Origin: Antedon mediterranea
Taxonomy: Eukaryota; Animalia; Echinodermata
Assembly: GCF_964355755.1 (NCBI RefSeq)
Contig: NC_092675.1
Location: 62,001-126,000, forward strand
DNA length: 64,000 bases
Reading direction: 5' to 3'
Of this stretch, positions 40,901-49,900 are shown piece after piece. Position numbers and translations under genes: made by a program. Numbering within the stretch: position 1 is the stretch's first letter; every line of letters begins with the position of its first letter. The notes under the pieces are model-generated. The model worked only from the letters and a program-made list of their open reading frames with translations. It was not told the DNA's origin and did not search any database.

Positions 40901-43900
40901 AGATAAGGGTAAAAGTAAAAGGAAACATACTTTGATACCATTACCGATTATAAGTACACCATTTAAACGTATAGCGATAGACATTGTTGGACCCTTATCT
41001 AGAACAAGCCGTAATAACAAATATATGCTTACTATAATTGACTATGCTACGAGATATCTGGATGCTATCCCGTTACCCAATGTTAGAGCTGAAACAGTAG
41101 CCAGGGCTCTAATAGAAGTCTTTACTAGAGTAGGATTACCCGAAGAGATTGTACATGATCAAGGAACTAATTTCATGTCTTCAATTATGCAATCTATATG
41201 TAGTATGTTGGGGATTAATCAATTAAAGACTACAGTGTTCCACCCCCAAAGCAATGGGCTTGTTGAAAGATTTCACGGTACATTGAAAAATATGATAAGG
41301 ACACTTACAGTTAAGCAAAGAAAAAATTGGGATAACTACATACCCCCCTTTCTGTTTGCATACAGAGAAGTTCCTAGTAAAGCGACGGGCCATTCACCTT
41401 TTAAATTGCTTTATGGTAGAGAGGTGAGGGGACCCTTGAGTTTACTCAAAAGTAATTGGGTAGAAGATGAAGAAACATCTACTGATGTTATCAAATACAT
41501 GTTAGACATAAGAGAAAAAATTGAGGAATTAATGAAAGATGCTAATGTAAACAAACTTGAACAACAAGAAATTATGTCCCACAATTATAACAAGAATGCT
41601 ATTGATAGAGAATTTGTAGAAGGGGACAAAGTGTTGATATTCCTTCCAGTAGGAAATAGTAAGTTAGACAGTAAATGGCAAGGCCCCTTCACTGTTACAA
41701 AAAAGGTCAATGATGTAAATTATGAAATATGCATAGGAGGTAGAAGAAAAGAAAAACAAATTCTACATGTTAATATGTTAAAGAGATGGTATGATAAAGT
41801 AGAAATAAGTAAAGATGGTTATTATGTAGTAACAAATGTCCAGTCGATAGAAGAAGTAGACTTAAATGAAACAGTCCATGACAATGAGTTAGATAGTGAA
41901 ATAGACATAGGATTGTCTTATCATCAATCACAAACATGGAGAGATGTTAACGTTAGTAGTAATTTAAATGATACACAAACTAAACAATTAACAGAATTGT
42001 TAAAGTACCAACAGAATGTATTCTCGGATGTACCAGGTAGAACTCACTTAGTGACACATGAAATTAAGACTAATGGTGAAATGCCTATAAGGCATAGGGC
42101 ATATAGAACGCCCCAAGCATTAAAGGGTAAATTGAAAGAAGAATTAGATAGTATGTTGGTTATGGGTATAATAGAACCTACAGTTAGTGCCTATGCTGCA
42201 CCTATTATTGCCCTGAAGAAAGGCCAGAATCAAATTAGAATGGTGACAGATTTTAGATCACTAAATAAGACTACACAATTTGACCCTTATGTTATGCCTC
42301 GCATAGACGAAATGTTGGATGAGGTATCATCCGCAATATACATAACTACATTAGATCTAACTAAAGGATTTTACCAGGTGCCTCTGGATCCTAAGACCAA
42401 AGACAAATCAGCATTTATTACACAATTTGGACAGTATTGTTACAATGTACTTCCATTTGGTATGCAAAATAGCTCTAGTACTTTCCAAAGATTAATGGAT
42501 AAGGTATTACAAGGTACTGAGGGATATGCTAAGGCATATATAGATGACATATGTATTTATAGTCAAACTTGGAAAGATCATATTTTTCATTTGAATGATG
42601 TATTAGAAAGATTAAGTAGTGCTGGATTGACAGCAAAGCCTTTGAAATGTAAAATTGCCTATGCACAGGTAGAATTTCTGGGGCATAAGATTGGTAATGG
42701 AGAAATTAGACCCATGATTCATAAGGTTGAGGCTGTGGAAAAGTTCCCCAGACCTTTGTCTAAGAAACAAGTCCGATCATTTCTCGGATTAACTGGCTAT
42801 TACAGAAAATTTGTACAGAACTATGCCGATATTGCTAAGCCATTGATTGATTTAACTTTAAAGAGTAAAAGTAATACCGTTAAGTGGAATGAACAATGTG
42901 AAAATGCCTTTGTAACTTTAAAGAAACGACTTACTGATGATAATGTTTTAAAAGCCCCAAATTTTGATAAGATGTTTATATTGCAAACCGATGCCTCAAA
43001 TTATGGCATAGGTGCAGTGCTGAGCCAAATAGATGGTGCGGGTAATGATTATCCCATTGTGTACTTAAGTAGAAAGTTATCTGTACATGAGCAGAGATAT
43101 TCTGTGCCAGAAAAAGAGTGCCTCTCTATTGTTTGGGCTATCAATAAACTTAAATATTATCTGTATGGTTGTGAATTTCAAGTTCATACTGACCACCAGG
43201 CATTGAGATGGATGGACTCAATGAAGGGTGCCAATGTTAGACTTATGAGATGGGCTCTGTTTTTACAAGGATATAAATTTAAAGTTATTTACAAGAAAGG
43301 ATCATTAAATGGAAATGCAGATGGATTAAGCCGTGCATAATAATATTATAGAGGTGTTATTTGTAGATAGTTTATAGTAAAATGGTTTTAAATGTTAAAT
43401 TTTTGGAAAGATTGACACAATCTTTTTCCCAAAAAGGGGAATGTCATATTATTTATGTTGTGATTCTCTGTGTTTAGAGAAGGATGCTTTAGACCAGGTC
43501 CGCCTTATATTATTAGCCAATCAAAATCGTATAATTTTTGGAGAGAAAATGTTATCCTCCTCTGAAGCCTAAAATTTGCATGTCCAGTATAAAAGTGGAA
43601 TGTAATAGATATTAAAGGAGAAGAGAGAATAAGACATAGTTGCCATTTCTGGCATTATTATGCTTTTTGGCATTATTTGGAGGCCCACGGCATCTGGCAT
43701 AATGCCGCGGCATTATTTAGCCGTTTTTAGCATATTCTGGCATAATTTTGTGTTTTTTGAACAACCAACAAAATAATATACCACAGAACAAAAATAAAAT
43801 ATTTTGTTAATACATATCACCTTACACAATATCATATCGTACAAAACAGATCTGTTCGGGTTTTCCGTACAATAGTTCTTCCATCCTTTCGTTTCGGACT

Positions 43901-46900
43901 TAATCGACTCTTCGGATGATAGGAAGGCTGTTCGAAAACTACCATGTGTGCGATATAGACAGCACAACAAATCCGAAGAGGCTAGCTATTGGCCAATTAT
44001 GTTGCTCTATTTCAGAGACCATGCAGGTTATTGGATCCCCAGATATAGAGACAATTGAACGAAAACATTATGAAAGGGGTTTTGTTTTTTCAGTTCATAA
44101 TTAATTATAAGCGGCCACATCCCTACCCCAACCCTTAAAATGGCAATTTCCGGTAACTAGAAGCTCTAATTTTAAAAAGAATTTCTTCTAGAGAATTTGT
44201 TTTCCATATTTCAAATTATGTTCCATTTTCATCGTCGTAGCAACCCTATATTTCCAAATGTTCTTCACCTCTCAGTGACCATGATGGGGCGAAGTCCTAG
44301 GGACTCTTAGGGCCTATACATTTTTATTTAAAATTAAGTGCAATTTCCGGCCATCTAGCAGCTCTATTTTTCCAATTTGTTTTACCTCAGCCCCAACCAT
44401 GGTGGGGCTGAGGTCCTGGAAACACTTAATATATATTTTTATTTCCTATTTTAAATTATAATTGGCACTTTCAAAACTATCATGGACTAAGATCCTGGAG
44501 GTACTAATAAATATATTTTTATTTTATATTTGAAATTAAGTGCCATTTCCGGCCATTGAGCAGCTCTATTTTTTTCAAATTTTCTTACCTCAGCCCCAAC
44601 CATGGTGGGGTTGAGGTCCTGGAGACACAATTAATATATATTTTGATTTCCTATTTTAAATTATAATTGCCATTTTCGAACTATGGTGGGCTAAGATCAT
44701 GGAGACACTAATAAATATATTTTTATTTCATATTTTAAATTAAGTGCCATTTCCGGCCATCGAGAAGCTGTATTTTTCCAAATTTTCTTATCAACCATGG
44801 TGGGGCTGAGGTCCTGGAGACACTTTTTTATTTCCTATTTTAAATTATAATTGCCATTTTCTAATTATGGTGGGCTAAGATCCTTTCATATTTGAAATTA
44901 AGTGCAAAGATCCCGGCCATCGAGCAGCTCTCATATTTCAGCTCAAAAATTATAAATTTCCATGGCTGTAACAGGTTTGGGGGTGGGAGGGGGGTTGGTG
45001 TTGGTTTGGTGTCATTTGCAATTACCATTTTCGCACCCCAGATATTTAGAATTATTAGTTATTACTCACAAAAGTAAAAATATAAATTGTGTACGACATG
45101 GGGATACAATTTTAGGCCCTATTTTGTGTCAGTTGGGGTTTTACAAACGTTTATTAGACCGTTGGTGGCGCTGTCTAGGGCCACATTTTGGGGATTTGGC
45201 ATTATTTTTCCCAATCTGGCATTATTTGAGACAGGATTACGGCATAATTTAAATTGTATCGCTGGCAACGCTGGAATAAGATCAGAGTAGATAAACGGAA
45301 AGATGAGAAAGAAAATAAGGCTTGACTGGTAGTAAGATGTATTAATCGAGTTACAAGAAATAAAAGTTCTAGTTGAGTTAAATATACTTTTTGTATGAGT
45401 TATCATTCAGTGACAGTGTACGTCGCGTGGAGTTATTTACTTTACTTGTTTACTTGTTTCCCGTACACTTTCGTCTACGGGATCGAGGCGAAGCACTCAG
45501 TGCTTAAAAGCCCCTCTTAGCAATAAAATCATATTCTATATAGGGTGAAAACTTCAGCGGTTGAACAAGTTCACCGTAGCACATGAAACTACATCCATAG
45601 GCAGAGTATTCCATAAGAGAATAACTCTCCTGGAGAACGTGTCCCTCCTAATATTAAGACGAGAGCTTTTAAACTTGAGTTTATATGGGTGTCCACGGGT
45701 CCGAGATTCTAGATCAAATTCAAAAAATGTGTTGATCGAAATACGATCGAAACCTTTAACAATCCTAAAAACTTGGATAATATCTGCTCTCTGCCTTCGA
45801 TATCTCATGGTAGGAAGACCAAGAATTCTCAAACGTTGTTCATAAGGAATATTACGGTACCTAGGAATCAATCTTGTTGCTCTTTGCTGGACCTTCTCTA
45901 TTTCATCCTGATCTCGTTTTCTAATAGGATTATAAACAGTGTTACAATATTCAAGCGTTGGCCTGACAATAGACTTATACAGCTTCAAAAATCCATCTTT
46001 ATTCAAGAATTTAAAAGATCTATAAATCATTCCTAGTTTCTTATTAGCTCTTTTACAAATATCCGCTACATGCAAATTAAAGATTAAACTATGATCAAAG
46101 GTAACACCTAGATCTTTCTCCTGCTTTTACCTCATGTAGTAAATTACCAGCCATTGAATACAAGAAATTGGGATTATCACGACCATAATGAAATACCTTA
46201 CACTTAGTGTCATTAAAAGGCAATTGCCAAACATTAGACCAATGGGAAGCACTGTCAATGTCTCTTTGAAATAAATCTGCATCATCAATGTTATTGACCA
46301 CTCTATACAACTTGGTGTCGTCTGCAAATAAACGTATACTAGATTCGACAACATCAGGTAAATCGTTAATGAAGATTGAAAATAAGATTGGGCCCACAAC
46401 GCTACCCTGTGGAATTCCACTTAATACTGGAGCCTGTGATGACAATTGACCATTGACACTAACTCGTTGTGTTCTATTTGACAAATAATTAGAGAACCAT
46501 CCTAGTAGATTTCCCGTAATACCAAAACCTTTCTATTTGACTAGAAGCCTTTGGTGTGGCACACTATCAAAGGCCTTTTTATAGTCTAAATAGACACAAT
46601 CAAAGCTATCATGGTTATCCAGGTTAGTAGTCCAACTCTCCAGGACATCAAGTAGTTGTAATGCACATGATCTACCTTGTCTGAATCCAAATTGCTCATT
46701 GCACAAAAGACCATTACTCTCAAGATACATTACAAGTTTATCCCTAATAATCCTTTCCATCATTTTCCCTATGACCGACGTTAAACTAACCGGTCTGTAG
46801 TTAGCCGGGTCCTCCTTTTTGCCTTTCTTAAATTTGGGTATTACAATTGCCTCCTTCCACGATAGAGGGACCTTCTGATCATTGAATAATCTAGTGAATA

Positions 46901-49900
46901 TTAGACTGAGAGGGTAAGCAATTTGATCCTTTAATTCAATCAAAACCCGTGGGTGAAAGCCATCAGGGCCAGCTGACTTATCTATAACTAAGTTAGACAA
47001 CAGCTTATGAATATCTTCTACATTAAACTCAATATCTGACAAAGAAGCCTCAATCTTTTTATCAAGATTCGGAACATTCGATAAGTTCTCCTTACAAAAG
47101 ACACTGCTAAAAAAAGAATTAAAAGACTCGGCTTTATCTTGGTCATCTACAACAAGTTTACCTTCAACATTTCTAAGAGTAGGAATACCAGATCTGGTGT
47201 TTAACTGAGAATTTACATAGCGCCAAAAAGACTTTTCATTGACTTTAACCTCATTTGCAATCTTATTTTCGAAGATGCTTTTAGAACTCTTAATCAAATT
47301 GACAGTATCATTCCTTACTCTAATAAACGTGTTCCATTTGACACTAGCACAGTCATGCCCTTTACGTTTTGCTTTGATATACTGTTTCCAGCATTTATTC
47401 TTCTGTTTAATAGACTTATCAACCTCCTTAGTATACCACAAAGGTCTCTTAACATTTCCAGACAAGTGTTTCTTACACTTTGGAACAAACTGTTCCATAC
47501 CTCTAGATAAGATCTCATCAAAAGAACCGTGCGAGTGTAACCCGTCCTTATCCAATAACTCAGTGTCCCAATCGACACCATCAAGAAAACCACGAAACTT
47601 ATCATAATCAGCATGGAAATAATTTCTGACCTCTACCACCTCTTCTTTGATTAAATTAACTGGAATTTTAAATTGAAGTACCATATGATCACTCTTACCT
47701 AATGGTGGAGCTTGAAGGACCTCACTAATAGAATCCTCATTAGATGTAAGTACCAGGTCCAGAACATTGGCCTGTTCTCCTATTTTGTAACGGGTTGGGT
47801 CTCGTACATGCTGAGCTAAAAATAAGTCATTAATGGTGTCGAAAAAATTATGACTATTTTTACCATCTTCACCAGTCACATATCCTAGCTCCCAATTAAT
47901 ACTCCTATAATTGAAATCTCCAACTATAATAAAATCAGAACAAGAAAAGGATGCCACTTTTCTAAACAGAGAACACAAAGCAGAATTATTGACACTAGAT
48001 CCGGCGTCACTTCTATACACACATCCAATTAAAAAGGTGCGATCTTTGACTTTAATCTCAACAAACATGGATTCCTCAAACAAAATATCTTTAAACAAAA
48101 CCGGAGTGGCAGACATCCCATTTCGAACATAAATAACAACTCCTCTACCAGATGAAAGCTTTTCATTTGGCAAAAACATCTGAAAACCAGGGATATGAAA
48201 CTCCTCTATAGACAATTCAAAAAAGTACTTCTTTGGTAGAATCTCAGTCAAAGCAATGATATCTACTTTCTCTGAAGATAAACGCAACAGAAGCTCATTC
48301 TTCTTATTTAGAAGGGAATCACAATTTGTATAAAACACATTAAAAAAATCCTTAACATCTTCTGACTGCGTAGAACTTACATTGTTAGGCAGTGTTCTCT
48401 TCCGATTGGGTAGTGCTTTGGGAACGAAACCGAGTTATTTTCCCCCTTCTAATTACCAAGTCTTTTTCCCCTTTGCTTTGCCTATCCCTCAATATGTCCC
48501 TAAGTTTATTATACTCATCACGTTTCTTTATTGTTCTATCATTACTTACTGCGCAATTTTTTTGTATAGCAATTTCAAAGGCATCTCTTTTGATACATTC
48601 CTCCTTGAAAACTACCTTTATAGGGCGGCACCCATCTTCTCTGTGTTTACCCACCCGGAAAAATGTTCTCATTTCGACCTCTAGGTCAATATCCTCGAAA
48701 ATACCTGCCAATTTACTGAGGTCATCATTTTTTCTTCTATCTGAGTCATTACTCTTGGACTCATCTATTCTATATAGCATCAAATTAGATTTTCTTTTCA
48801 ATCTCTCATTTTCATCCTTAAGTCTATTTTCAATTATTGTCTTAACATCCTCATTATTAACAACACTAGATGACTGGGATAACTTTTTAATATCCTCTTT
48901 ATTGATCTCTACCTCAGATTTAATTGCTTCAATTGTTTTAATCATGGTTTTTTGTGTCTCATTAACATTATTAATAAGACCCATGAAATTGCCTACTGAG
49001 ACTGAGCAGCTCCTACAGTACCAAAAAATGGATGAGTCATCTTTGGATAGCCACTTATATTTGGCTTCATTAATTTTCTGACAATCTATGTGGAACCATA
49101 GCTTACAAAGACCGCATAAAACCGATTTGCCACCAGACATAAAATGGCCACCACATGAACCACATTCGTCTTCACCCTCGATATCTACTACCGTTTTATC
49201 AACTGTGCCTCCTGCATTACGTGATCTAGGCTTTGGCCTGGCACCTTGATCTTTGCTTTTGGAAGCCATGCCCTAACTGCTTACACAACCCTAGGCCTAG
49301 CGAAAGACAATCTAAAAAATAAAAATCTCACCAGTCCTTAGAATACAGTAAGAGCTCAAGCAGAAATTTGAAGCAATAAGAATAGGAATGATAATGATAT
49401 GAAAGTAAACTAGCAAACAAGATTCAAAGACTTTCCGATAACAGATATTCGTCCAACCACAAACCCAGGCCTAGCAAAGACAATCTCAAAAAATCTCTCC
49501 AATCGAAAGATAAATCGAATAATACAAGGGCTTAAGCTACATTTGTAGCAATAAGAAGAGTAATGGAGACTTTATGTAAGTAAAAATCGTGAATAAACTA
49601 TACAAAACCAGCAAACAAGATTCAAAACTTTTACAACTTCAGAAACACGTCCAACCACCATGAAGCGCCCTCTACTTTATATACGCCTGAGAAAGCTCGG
49701 AACCAACTAAAATAATCACTACAACATACAACTCACGCAATAGTGTTGTTTTTAGTTTGCTCCAACAATACGTGTCAGGAAGGGTCAACATGTATCAGAG
49801 GTGACACTGGGTCTTCATGCGCCTGTCAAATTGGATATGTAGGTCACGATTGTGAAGTGTACAGTAAGTTGGCTTGGCATTTTCAAACTAAACTTCTATC

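Larger units (their letters stand above)
45437..49676 (-). mobile_element. full-length CR1-clade LINE
   Basis: 5' UTR, PHD-finger ORF1, APE-RT ORF2 and a (CAAGTAAA)n-like tail. A short TTAT duplication lies at 45433-36 and 49677-80. Confidence 0.93.
37793..49723 (+). mobile_element. full-length Gmr1-type Ty3/Gypsy LTR retrotransposon with two nested insertions in its 3' LTR
   Basis: TG...CA LTRs, 5-bp TSD ACATA (37788-92 and 49724-28), PBS, PPT, and domain order gag-PR-IN-RT-RNaseH. Confidence 0.97.
43442..49723 (+). repeat. 3' LTR in three pieces (43442-43634, 45274-45436, 49677-49723)
   Basis: The pieces concatenate to the 5' LTR once the duplicated target sites are removed. Confidence 0.95.

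Noticed and set aside
37856-45406. Duplicate ORFs starting MITHTKSIFNS (37856-38110 and 45119-45406)
   Set aside because: Both are antisense translations of the two LTR copies.
39387-49081. Antisense ORFs overlapping gag, pol, and LINE ORF1/ORF2 (e.g. 39387-39749, 47239-47607, 48392-49081)
   Set aside because: Shadow frames of real coding sequence with no independent motifs.
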